Below, piece after piece: positions 25,560 through 36,790 of a stretch of 64,000 nucleotides of DNA (position 1 is its first letter; every line of letters starts with the position of its first letter). Made by a program: the position numbers and the translations under genes. The notes below the pieces were generated by a model. The model ran no database searches and had not been told where the DNA came from. It saw only the letters and a list, made by a program, of their open reading frames with translations. The stretch is taken from assembly GCA_024679065.1 (NCBI GenBank), contig JAGIQG010000018.1:24056001-24120000 (forward strand), written 5' to 3'. The stretch comes from Sphyrna mokarran. Taxonomy: Eukaryota.

Positions 25560-27530
25560 GTGGCCAGTGCCCCTGCATTTTTCATTCTCATTTCCTTCAA
25601 CATCCTTTGATGCATTGAGAGCCTTGTCAACTTTAAGTAACAACAGTCTATCCAACAATTATCAATTTTGAATTTATCTAAGAATAGTCTCCATGGTCTG
25701 AGTAGCATTTAACTTCTTGGTAAAGATGGATGCAAAGTATTTATTTAATACTTTAAACATGTCCCCAGGCTTCATGTGTAAATTCCCTTTTTGTTGCCTA
25801 ATTAGTCTTACTCCTTTTACCACCCTTTTGTGATGTAAAAACCTATAGAAGACTTTGGGATTCACTTTATTTTGACAGCCAGACTTTTCTCATAATCCCA
25901 CTTCACTTCTCTAATGTGCTTTTCCACCTCCCCTCTGAACCTTCTATATTCCTCTTGGTTCTGAATTGTATTTTCTACCTGATACTTGTCATAAGCACAC
26001 TTTTTCTTCTTTATCTTAATTTTTTTCTCCTTTTTCATCCAAAGATGTCTGGATTTGTTTGCCCTACCTTTCCCTTTTAAGGGAATATACCTTGACTGTG
26101 TTCACACCATTTATGTTTTGAAGGTACATTTTTCAGTTGCAGTGTTTCCTGCTAACTTTCATTCCAATCTAATCAACCGAGCTCTGTTCATGCCCTATTA
26201 AAGTCGGCTCTTTCCCCCGTTAATTGCTTGTACGCAGGGGGATTGCCTATTATTCTTACCATTATCCTAAACTTTATAATATAATGATAGCTGTCTCGTA
26301 AATTTTTCTCCACTGACACTTGATCTACTTGCTCCACTTCATTTTCAAGAACAAGGTCCAACAGTACATTCATTCTTCTGGGACTGGACATAACCTACTG
26401 TGGAAAATTTTTCTGAATGCAATCTCAGAACTATGCCCCTTCTTTCTGCCCTTTGAGCTACCACTGTCCCAGTATGCATTTGGGTAATTAAATGCCCCAT
26501 TAAAACTACTCTATAATTACTCTGTAACTTCTCTGCTGATCTGTTCTACATCCTTCTCAGTAGTTTGTGGTCTCTAGACTGCACCGAACAATGTTAATTC
26601 TTTATTCCTTAGCTTTATTCTTCCTTCTTTATTCCTTAGCTTTAGCCAAATTGATTCTGTTCTTGAATCCCCTGGGCCAACCCCTCTCTGCAGCACTGTA
26701 GTGCTCTCATTTACAAAGATTTGGAGATGTCAGCGTTGGACATTCACCTGATGATGGAACAGTGCTCCAAAAGCTCATGATACCAAATAAACTTGTCGAA
26801 CTTTAACCTGGTGTTATGAGACTTCTTACTATGCTCATTTACCAATACTGACACCTGCCTTCCTTTCTTTCCTTTTCCATTCGTCCTGAACACTTCGTAC
26901 TCAAGAAAAACACTGAGTCCTGCCCTTTCTTGAGCCAGGTTTCTGTTATCTCTACAACATTATATTTCCACAACAAAATCTGCACCTGTAACTCTCCAAT
27001 CTTATTTACTATACTCTGTACATTCTCATACACATACAGCAACTGATTTACTCATCTTTACTTTCCCCCTTACTCTGACTTCACCCATTAATTAACTCTA
27101 TTCTCTATCCCAGTGTTTTCTGTCCCTTCCAGTATTTTGTGTATCTTGGTATTCCTCTCTAATATTCTTTCTTGGTTCCCACACCCTTACTGAGTAACTT
27201 TAAAGCTCTTTCAACAACACTAGCAAGGAACTCAGCTTTGTTCTGGTGCAACCCATCCAGATTGTACAGGTACCATTTTCTCCTGAGCCAGTCCTAATTT
27301 CCAAGAAAACTAAAGTCCTCCTTCCTGCACCATCTTTCCAGCCTTAGCTTCATTTGACTTATCCTCCCTCCAGTGTTACATGTGACACTAGGGTAATTTG
27401 GAGATTACAACTTTTGAGGTTTTGCATGCTAATTTTCTACTGAATTGTCTAAATTCTGATTGTAGGCCCCATTCCCATTCCTACCTAAGTCATTGGTACC
27501 AATGTGGAGCATGACCTCTAGCAGTTTCCC
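25560..27530 (-). mobile_element. CR1 LINE (ORF1 end plus APE endonuclease region), degenerate
   Basis: Minus strand LYVYENVQSIVNKIGELQ...VVEITETWL, SPRRMNVLLDLVLENE and NPKVFYRF...VLNKYFASIFT. Confidence 0.85.
26715..26833 (+). mobile_element. Minimal Penelope insertion (inverted tail plus hammerhead-bearing pLTR) with a 9-bp TSD
   Basis: ATTTGGAGATGTCAGCGTTGGA (reverse complement of the Penelope tail), then CACCTGATGATGGAACAGTGCTCCAAAAGCTC...CTGGTGTTATGAGACTT. CTCATTTAC flanks it at 26706-26714 and 26834-26842. Confidence 0.8.
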
Positions 27531-28539
27531 TTTATGTACAAATAAACCACCATTTCACTTGGAAGGAATGTTTGTGGTGATAAAAGAGGAGATAAAAGGG
27601 TTGATGCATATTTGGCGCTTGCATAGCAAGATAATGTAGAAAAGGGAGGAAGTGTTGGGGGTGATGAGGAGTGGATTAGGGTGTATTGGTGGGAATGGTG
27701 CCTACAGAATGCTGAAAGAGGAGGGCAAGGGAAGATGTGTTTTTGGTGACAAAAATGGTGGAGACTGATCCATTGAATGTGTGAGTTTGGTGAGATGGAA
27801 GATGAAGACAGAGTATCCTTTCATGGACCTGGGAAGGAGGGGAAAGGATGACAACAGAAGTATTGAAAATAGGTCAGACATAATTGAGGGTCTTTTCAAC
27901 AATAATGGGGTTTAATCCTCTACTGAGGAAAAAAGACATATAAAAAGTAAGATATTGTAGGTAAGATCATCCAAATAATTGCAACAGAAGTGGAATAACT
28001 GGGATAATGCAATAGAATCCTTACAGGAATGGGTGTGTGAGGAAGTGTAGACAAGGTAACTGGGAGTCGGTGGGTTCATTTGCTCAAAATGTATACATTT
28101 CTGACATTTTCCCAGTTTTTATGAAAGGAAGGCCACAGAGCTGAAAAGTTAGCTCTTTTTCTCTCTCTACAAATGTTTCCAGATCTCCTGAGTATGTCCA
28201 GCATTTTCTTATTTCATTTTTGGTTTGCAGAATCTTTGAACCTCATGTTGAAGGGGTTATTGCCATGTTAATGCTGTTTTTGGTGAGTTGGAAAGAGCCC
28301 CCATCTCTTGTTCAAGGCTCAAAGAAGTTGAGCATTTACCCACCTACCCTCCAGTCCTTTGTTTACAACATGCCATCTTGATTGTTCTTGATATTGGTGA
28401 CTGCAACAGGATATGGCCTCTCATCCTAAATTCTGTTCAGTCAGGAGCTGCTGAAAATTGGGACCTGGGAGTCAGACTCCTGATTAAAACTGCAGCTGAT
28501 GAAAGAGGAATGGGGAATCTTTCGAACATCTGAGAAAGT

Positions 28540-28760
28540 GAGAGTGACAGATGAAGAAAAGAGACAAAGGGAAATAGAGGGATGAGGCAGGAATAAAGGA
28601 AGTAAGACAGAGAGCAATGGGGAGAAAAAATCAAGAGGGGGAAAAGGAGAAAAAATGAGGTCAGGAGAAAGGCGGGTTTGATGAGAGGGAGAGAGAGGGA
28701 AAGGAAGCAAGATAAGAAGGGGAGGGCGAGAGAGAGGAGAGAGACCAAAGGAGAGCAGCA
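28540..28760 (+). repeat. Purine-rich (GA) low-complexity tract
   Basis: Almost only G and A on the + strand. Confidence 0.7.
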
Positions 28761-31700
28761 ATTGGAACATTAATGTGTGTTTCCTTGGCAGTTCTAGCAT
28801 TGAGATGATACCTGTAGAAATTATCTGGCCATCATAGATGGCAGCTCATGCTAGTAAACATTCTATTGGTGTTGAAGATGCAGCAGGAAGCTTAGGTATC
28901 TTTAGGATTCAGTTGCCTGAAGGCACATGAAGGTTTCATTGGTAACCAATCATTCTAATTCCAGCTAGAAAGGGAGTTGACTAATGGGAGCTGGAGATGC
29001 AGGTGTTTCCTTCATAGCTGTTTATAGAGATTTGCAGTTGGAAATAAGACGTCATTGTGGCATCCCCCCAATATCGTTATTTCCTTTGGAAAATGATGCT
29101 ATAGCAACACAGAGGGATTGTAATCCCAGCAGAATGCTACATTGACACTTGAGTAATGATTACTCCCATGTGTTGGGTGTACTGCTCAGAGTCTGAATTT
29201 TGGGATTCATCATTCTTTTTAATATGTCCTCAGGATGTAGTTTTGGGTTTTACTGGCAAGACTGATATTTATTGTCCATTCCTAAAATAACTGAAGGACC
29301 ACTTCAAACTTCAGTTGAGTAACCCTGTTGGAGTGGGAGTAGAACGTACAATACAATATAATTAATACAGGACCTATGCAGTGCTCTGCTAACTCCTCCA
29401 ATTTCTCGATGCTGAACAGTCAAAGGTCGCACACTGATAATCGCGCTGTTGTTCATATTGCTAAAGGATTTCCCTGTTGAGCTTGCAATTCTGCTGCTGG
29501 TATGCATGTTCTAGTCTGGGCTTGACACACAATTCAAAAGTGGTACTGTCGTCTTTGGATGAAAGTTGTCACCAGGTTGACTGTGCTTGTTCCATCTAGT
29601 GGCAAAAATGGTAAATGGGACAATTTTATGAATGGACGAGTTGTGTGTTTGATTTTGATCTTATACCAAGAGTATTGCACAATAAAAGTGAATGGAAGGG
29701 AGTTGGTCTAATTAAATTCTGTTCAGTGGGAGTGAATGAGAATGAGTTTGGTCTATGAAGTTCTATTCAAAGGAAGAGAATGGGAAGAAGTTAAGTCTAT
29801 CAGCGTTATGTAAAATTGGAATGATTGGAAATGCATTGATTCATTGGAATTCTGGGCAATAGAAGTGAATGTAAAGAAATTTGGTCCATTGGGTTTCCCT
29901 ACAATGGGAGTTAGTAATAGTTTCAGTGAAAATCAGAAATATGCTGCATTAATGAATCACTTGTTCTGACCCACTTCTGAATGTTTTACCCAACAGTAGC
30001 TTTATAAATCCCACAATGTAGGATGGAAATTTTTGAAACTGTTTCCACCTCAGGCCTTATGATAGAATGTTGCTGTAATAAATGCTGTGTGTATAATTCC
30101 CATTGGCAACCTGATCCCTAACCTGCTACATATCTGACATACAATTGCTACATCCTCCCTTCTTGTTCAAATCATCTGACACACGGCAAACCTCCTGGCC
30201 TTTAGTTGCTGCATATGGGTGAGAGGAATCCTGTCTCCAGCTTCATTTTTGTTGAGATGAAGAGAAAGGAAAAGATTAAGCCTGACTGACTTCCATTGTT
30301 AACAAATCATTGCTGCAAGGTGGAGTGTTTGGCTGGAGATAGAGCGAAGCAGGGTGAAACTAATAGGATCAGCAGCGAGAGGAAACAACAATAAGCAAGG
30401 TCTTCCGGGGCCTGTTGTAACTCTTCTTGCACTGCCTTCCTTTTATTTCCATGCGAGTGCACGTCCCTGATTTCATCTCTCTACACCTGTGACCCCAATT
30501 AGAGTCCTGGCTGCTGCATGATTTTTACAATGTGCTTTACTTTCCTGCACACAACTGGTGAAACTGAGATCCATTTGAGAAAGTTTTAACAATATTGTGA
30601 AACAAAAATGCAAAATTTATAAAGAACTGCCTTACTGGGGTTGGAGTAGCCATGGAACTACTGACTCTTAGCCTGTTCAATGGTGTTTAGGTTTGTTTCT
30701 CAATTTTTTTAATGTCAGAAAAATTGGATGAACATCCGGGATGGGTTGTCAGCTCTGGCTAATTATATTCCAAGAGATGTTGGTGGAAGTCACATTACTG
30801 AAGGTTTTCTGAGTGAAATCAAGATTATCCTAAAAAAAACAATTTTGGAAAAAAAAATGAAAAAAATTTAACATCATCAATTTGCCTTATTTAGTTTAGT
30901 TGCCTGGTGATTCACTGTCACATTTTGAAGTGGAGTGAGAGGGTTCCGGACATGACCTCCTGTCTGCCTGCCTCTCGTCTTTGAGATCATCATCTGCAGC
31001 TCAGCGTTGGTGGAGAAATGGCTCCCAATCACAGAAGCAGAGTGGAACTCACTGGTTGCTACCCAGGAAGGGATGAACTTGGAGCCATTGACATCTGGTA
31101 TTATGGATCTGGCCTTGTCCCTGCTGTTTGGCAACCTGTCAGTCAGTGCAGCTGGAGATAGAGTCTATGGTTCCTTCCTGTGTGTGGTATTCCAGTTCAG
31201 TATCTCCGCTGTTCAAGAGCCTGCCAGAAATTGACATGGTCCTGTGTGTCTGGTGGTAATAAACATGATGAAAGATCTGCCATCAATGACTTTTCTACTC
31301 ATTCCTTCAGTTTATGTACTTATGTAGATAGGCAGATACAGATCATCTTCTGCTCATTACTCCTTTCCCTTGCTGCTACACTCAGCCAATTCACTCATTG
31401 ATTACACACCACCCTGACCGCTTTCTATCAAATGAAGTTCAGGGACACTGCACAATCTTCTGTCTACACTTGTCTGTCGTTGTTAGTGGATACTGAGATT
31501 AGCCAGTCTGATAGCCAATTTCTGAACTTATACATTTTACTGTCCATTAAAAGGTGAAATCATCTCTTTTTGAGAGAGTGTTATTTTCTTTTCAATTTAA
31601 GAGTTTTTTTTTATCTGAGAATATACCATGTTGTCAAGTGTGACCCAGCAGACAGAAGCTCAAAGCAGGGCATCATCCTTCAATGAAATACAAGCCCCCA

Positions 31701-32381
31701 CCAATTGTACCACGGCCTGCCAAAAGTCCCACCTAACTGGGGTCCTTCTGGCCTTTTTATCCAGTCTAAGATTTGAATTTCATTGGGTGGAGCTGCATCA
31801 GATCCAACTGTAATTCAAAAATGCAATGATATGACTGATGTAAATATCCTGGAATGCTCTCTTTAGCCACCAGGAGATTAATGCTGATTCCAGGAAATTC
31901 CCTGCCATTCCTGGAGGAATGACAACTCTAACTGCAGGCAATTTAATGTCCTAGTATTGGGTGACAATGAAGAGAAAAAACACACAAGTATAAAAGATAA
32001 AAAAAATTAAATTATGAGGCCAGAGAGCTGCTTATTCATAACCCTATCCTTTTTGTAATACACAACCAATTGGTACATTTCTTGACAATATTTTAATGTT
32101 TTGGCAGAGGGGAAGCGCATATCTTTGGATGATGGATTCTACTGATTTACTTTGGTCAATTTTGGATCCTTTTTTTGTAAAATTCCCTTTTCTTTTGTAT
32201 TATGTATTGGTGACAGTGGAATGCGTATTACCTTTTCTGAGGGTGTAATTTTATTTTTAAGAGCATATTATTTTCCCAGTTTATCAATTTCTCAGACTGC
32301 ACCATTTTTTGCCTAATTTGGAGTCAGTAGGCCTTTATAGAAAGAAGAAAATAACTTTCCATATTCTTATTGTAATCTAAT

Positions 32382-35300
32382 GGGGATGATTTTAAGCCCA
32401 CACTCGCTGTCTGTGAGAATGGCGCAGGCTCAAAATCCAGAAAACGCGATTCTCATTGGAGAGTTTCTGAGTTCTGATCTTCAGATCTAGCAGAGTGGTG
32501 TGAAACATGCTATGGGACCGCAGAAAGCTAATTTAATACATTTGCATGTCATTAGTGTGCACTCTGTCCGTGTCTTCCCCCTCACTGGTTATTCAGCTGG
32601 TGCCGACGTGACATAATGTCAATGCCATTTATAATAGGTTTACAGAAGCATGAATCCAACACTTTCACCTCCAAAAGAGATTCCAGAGGTGAGCTCTCGG
32701 GCAGTCAACAGCTACTGCGATGTGCACTGCTCAGGGGGCACCGAAGAGACCCTGGGGGACACAGAGAAGTTGAACTTAGAGTCGGGATTAGGGGTCCCGG
32801 AATTGCAATTTCGGAGAGAGGAGCCGAGAAGGGTTATTTGCAGACCTTACTTTCTTTCATGTCAGGGCACTCCTTGCTTTAAAGAGATTGTGAAAGCTGG
32901 TATAAACAGTGCTTCATATCTTCTCCACCCTGGGTTCCTATCCATATTGCAGCTGAGGGAGTGTCCTTCCTAACGGGAGATGGTGAGTGGGTGGAAGGGT
33001 CATAGTGCTGCCATTCTCACACTCAACATGAGTAAGGCGCTGGTGAGCATGGTAATTTCCCCTAAGCTCAGTGGCATGAACAGACAGAATGGGTGAACAT
33101 GGGCAAACAAACTGAAATTTAATGCCAAACATTCAAAACAAAATGGTGACCTATCTAATGGTGTCTGTATTCACCTGTGCCCACTAAGTGCCTACAGTTT
33201 CTAAATCTTCCTGAGCTATACTACATCTAGTTGTACCCCCGGATTCACAGTGAAGGTTGAGGTAGCCTGCTGACTTCCACATACTTTTGCATGAAATGAC
33301 CTGCGGAGTGGCATCCCTTGTGGGGGGGTGCTGGGTCCTCACAGGTCTGGGAGCTTGAGGGATAAGGCCTGCTTCTGGGCAGCATGGATGTTTGACTGTT
33401 TCCCTACTTAGAATCAGGGGTTAGAAGTGTGTCTCTCGCAGGAAGTGCGATGCTGTCAGATGGGTTGGAGATGCCCAGGGTCCCATGGATGGAGGACCAG
33501 CGAAATGAAGTGAAATTCAGAAGCTCTGCCATCTTCTAGTGCTGATTCCAGTGGATTCCCACCAGTGCACCATGCAGTTGAAGCCCTGCACCATGGTGCT
33601 CATTCTGAGCCATGTGCGGACATCCCTTGCCATGGAGTGCGCCTAGGTCTCCACTATGGATGCCACCCTTGCAGTGTTGATCTTAGTGCATTACAGTGAC
33701 AACACCACCATTCTGAGGAGGGCTGTTGTCATCCCTTCCTGATACTCATGACTTTGCTTTTGCAGCTCCAGCATGTATGGGATGACCAGGCCCAAGAGCA
33801 TATCATTGGCAAGGGGCTCAGCAGAGTCCTGGGCTCTGGCATCCCTCCAAGTGCTGGTTTCCTGGGACATCCCTCCTGCTGTGGATCTTCAGCTGTGAGG
33901 AACTCACCAGTAAGTCACCCAGACCCCTGTCTTAGTGAACCCACCAAAATGTGAATATCTGTGTTGGTGCGGGTTACAGCTCTGATGCCTCTTCAGTGGG
34001 TGGGGTGGAAAAGCCTCCATCTGAGCTGCTGGAATCCAGTGGGTCTAGGGGATGTGAGGATGGTCCAGTTTGTTCCGTAGGTTAGTCTGCAAAAGAAGGG
34101 ACATGGGGTATCAGTGCAGTACGAGAGTACAGATGGAACATTGATTACTCACTTGAGACTTGAGGGTTCTTGTATTGAGCATTCTTGTGTTTCTTTGCTG
34201 CCCCCACTTGACCAGCAGTGCAGGAAAGGTCTTCCTCCTCCCCAGTCAGCTGAGGGCTCACTCCGTAAAAGGCATGAGGATTTCTCAGCTTGGGCATGTA
34301 TCCAGCTGGCTGTACCTGCTCGTTGCTGTTGTGATTAAGTCTGTCCTACAGTGACACAAAGAGGAAGAGTAGAAGTGTTTACATTTAAGATGGTGATGAG
34401 GTGTGTCAAGATGTGAGCTTGGATGGGAGCTGGAGTATGAGGAGCATAGAAGTTACTGGGGGAACATGGTGATTGTGGGAAGGAGAATGGAATCTGGTGC
34501 TTGATGTTGACAAAGGCCAAGAATGCTGAGTGAGAGAAAGGTTTCCCATGAAAGGCTTCTGCAGAAAATGCAGATGTATGGGATTGAGGGTGATTTAGCT
34601 AATTGGATCAGGAATTGGCTAGCAGATAGAAGACAGAGGGTGGTGGTTGATGGAAATTATTCATCATGGAGTTTGGTTACAAGTGGTGTACCTCAGGGAT
34701 CTGTTTTGGGGCCCCTGCTGTTTGTAATTTTTATAAATGATCTGGATGAGGGTATGGAAGGATGGATTAGTAAATTTGCGGATGACACCAAAGTCGAAGG
34801 AGTGGTAGATAGTGAAGAGGGGTGTTATAGTTTGCAGAGAGACTTGGACAAGTTGCAGAGCTGGGCCGAGAAGTGGCAAATGGAGTTTAATGTGGAAAAG
34901 TGTGAGGTAATTCACTTTGGCAGGAATAACAAATGTGTAGAGTTTAGGGCTAATGGTAGGACTCTTAATAGTGTTGATGAACAGAGGGATCTTGGTGTAT
35001 ATGTGCATAGATCCCTGAAAGTTGGCAATCAAGTCGATAAGGTTGTTAAGAAGGCATATGGAGTCTTAGCTTTTATTGGTAGGGGGATTGAATTTCGGAG
35101 CCGCAACGTCATGTTGCAACTGTACAAAACTCTAGTGCGGCCGCACTTGGAGTATTGTGTGCAGTTCTGGTCCCCGCATTATAAGAAAGATGTGGAGGCA
35201 TTGGAGAGGGTACAGAGGAGGTTTACCAGGATGTTGCCTGGTATGGAGGGCAGGTCTTATGAGGAGAGGCTGAGGGATTTGAGGTTGTTTTCGTTGGAAA

Positions 35301-36115
35301 GAAGGCGGCTAAGAGGAGACCTTATTGAAACATATAAGATGATTGGAGGTTTAGATAGGGTGGACAGTGATAGCCTTTTTCCTAGGATGGAGAAAGCTAG
35401 CACGAGGGGACATAGCTTTAAATTAAGGGGTGGTAGTTATAGGATGGATGTCAGAGGTAGGTTCTTTACCCAGAGGGTGGTAAGGGTATGGAATGCCCTG
35501 CCTGCTGCAGTTGTAGATGCGCCAAGTTTGGTGGTGTTTAAGAGGTTAGTAGATAAGTTTATGGATGAAAAGGGAATGGTTTAGGTTAGAGGGTCATTGC
35601 TTTTTCTTAATTGGTCGGCGCAACATCGAAGGCCGAAGGGCCTGTTCTGCGCTGTAATGTTCTATGTTTCAGGGTGCATCAGATGTGTGAAGGGGTCCAG
35701 TGGGAGACAGGATGGTTTACTTACGCAGGCTGAACAAAGATCATTCGTCTTCTTCTGACACTGCACCTCATATTATTCTGTAATGTGCTTGCACTGATCA
35801 AGGCTGCCACTGCATCTGGAGGGGGGCGGGGGTTGCTGCTGCGTGGAGACCCTGCTGGAAGACTGATTCCTGCTGAGTGGTTACAGGATTTCCTGCCTTT
35901 TCGCCACTCCATCTGGCATTCTTACAAGTGATACTCTGAAAAGCATGGTGCTGCAGTCTTGTCAGCCAGCTACAGCAGTAGTTGCAAAACAAGTGCTAGA
36001 GAATTGTTTATATGAAGCTCCTGATGCTTGTAGCAGTTAAGTTGTTGTGGGCAGATGAATCAAACGCAACATTCTGCAAGAGCAGTGTGAGACTTGTGGG
36101 CATAAAAATTATTAC
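32382..36115 (-). mobile_element. Non-autonomous Harbinger remnant (Myb/SANT ORF on -), carrying a CR1 insertion
   Basis: Degenerate TIRs GGGGATGATTTTAAGCCCACA and TGTGGGCATAAAAATTATTAC with TAA/TTA nearby. Minus strand DAVAALISAST...VQCQKKTNDL at ~35735-35820. Confidence 0.65.
34538..35669 (+). mobile_element. Young 5'-truncated CR1 LINE with an uninterrupted RT C-terminal frame
   Basis: ORF 34523-35584 (353 aa) has VTSGVPQGSVLGPLLFVIFINDL, KFADDTK and RPHLEYCVQFWSP with no stops. The 3' UTR ends in GGCCGAAGGGCCTGTT...TTCTATGTT. Confidence 0.97.
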
Positions 36116-36404
36116 TTATGAGGCAAAACCCAAAAAATACGCCAGTGCCATCAACGGGAACAAACAAGCTGTCATCTTCTGGTAGGATTTTGCCGAACGA
36201 CCCTCTGAAACTTTTCCGTTTCCAAACAAGATACACTCAGTGTTTTGTAGTTAAATTGTCAAATGATCCATGATGCTTCTCAAACACTTCAATGCCAAAT
36301 GGCTCAAATTTTTCCTTCCCATAATCTACGCTATGGATCGCCTCTCTATATTATCTGCACGTTGCTTTTTTTAATTCAAGAATAAAATATTTTAATCACA
36401 AGAA

Positions 36405-36790
36405 AGAAAATAGCAAGGCTTACATTCTGTGTTGCTGTTCATGATCTCAGGATGTCACAAAGTGTTTCACAGCCAAAACATACTTTTGAATGGCAGTAAT
36501 TGTTTAAATGCAGCAGACAATTTGTATGCAGTAAGTTTCCACAAACATCAATATCATTATGAGTAGATAATTTGTTTTATTCATGTTTCTTGAGGGATAA
36601 GTATTACCTATATTGTCTAGGGAGAACTCCACTGCTCTTCTTTGCATAGTGCGATAGGATCTTTGTCCACCTGAGATGGCAAATGGGGTCTCAGTTTAAT
36701 GTCTCATAGGAAGGTACTTATGCCTCAGTATTGCACTGAAGTGTCAAGCTGGATTATACGGAATGGAACTTGAACCCATAACCTTCTGTC
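36405..36790 (-). mobile_element. SacSINE1/Deu-domain SINE
   Basis: Reverse complement of the Deu core: GAGAACTCCACTGCTCTTC...ATAGTGCGATAGGATCTTTGTCCACCTGAGATGGCA. Confidence 0.7.

Larger units (their letters stand above)
24415..28238 (-). mobile_element. Second-family Penelope-like element with an inverted pLTR, split by younger insertions
   Basis: Minus-strand NEAQCKLEEQFLIF (ORF 24799-24996). The body resumes at 27540-28076 (PTDS...SHTHSCKDSI thumb-like). 28077-28207 is the inverted copy of 24415-24530. Confidence 0.75.

Noticed and set aside
28437-28800. Leu/Phe/Ser-rich ORFs as membrane proteins
   Set aside because: They result from the antisense reading of a GA-rich low-complexity tract.
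30741-31930. Possible hAT-type MITE with GGGTTGTCA / TGACAACTCTA ends
   Set aside because: The terminal match is short and degenerate with no TSD, too weak to report as a feature.
34523-35584. 353-aa ORF as a host gene
   Set aside because: It is the 5'-truncated CR1 ORF2 with a fortuitous upstream ATG and a CR1 3' UTR.
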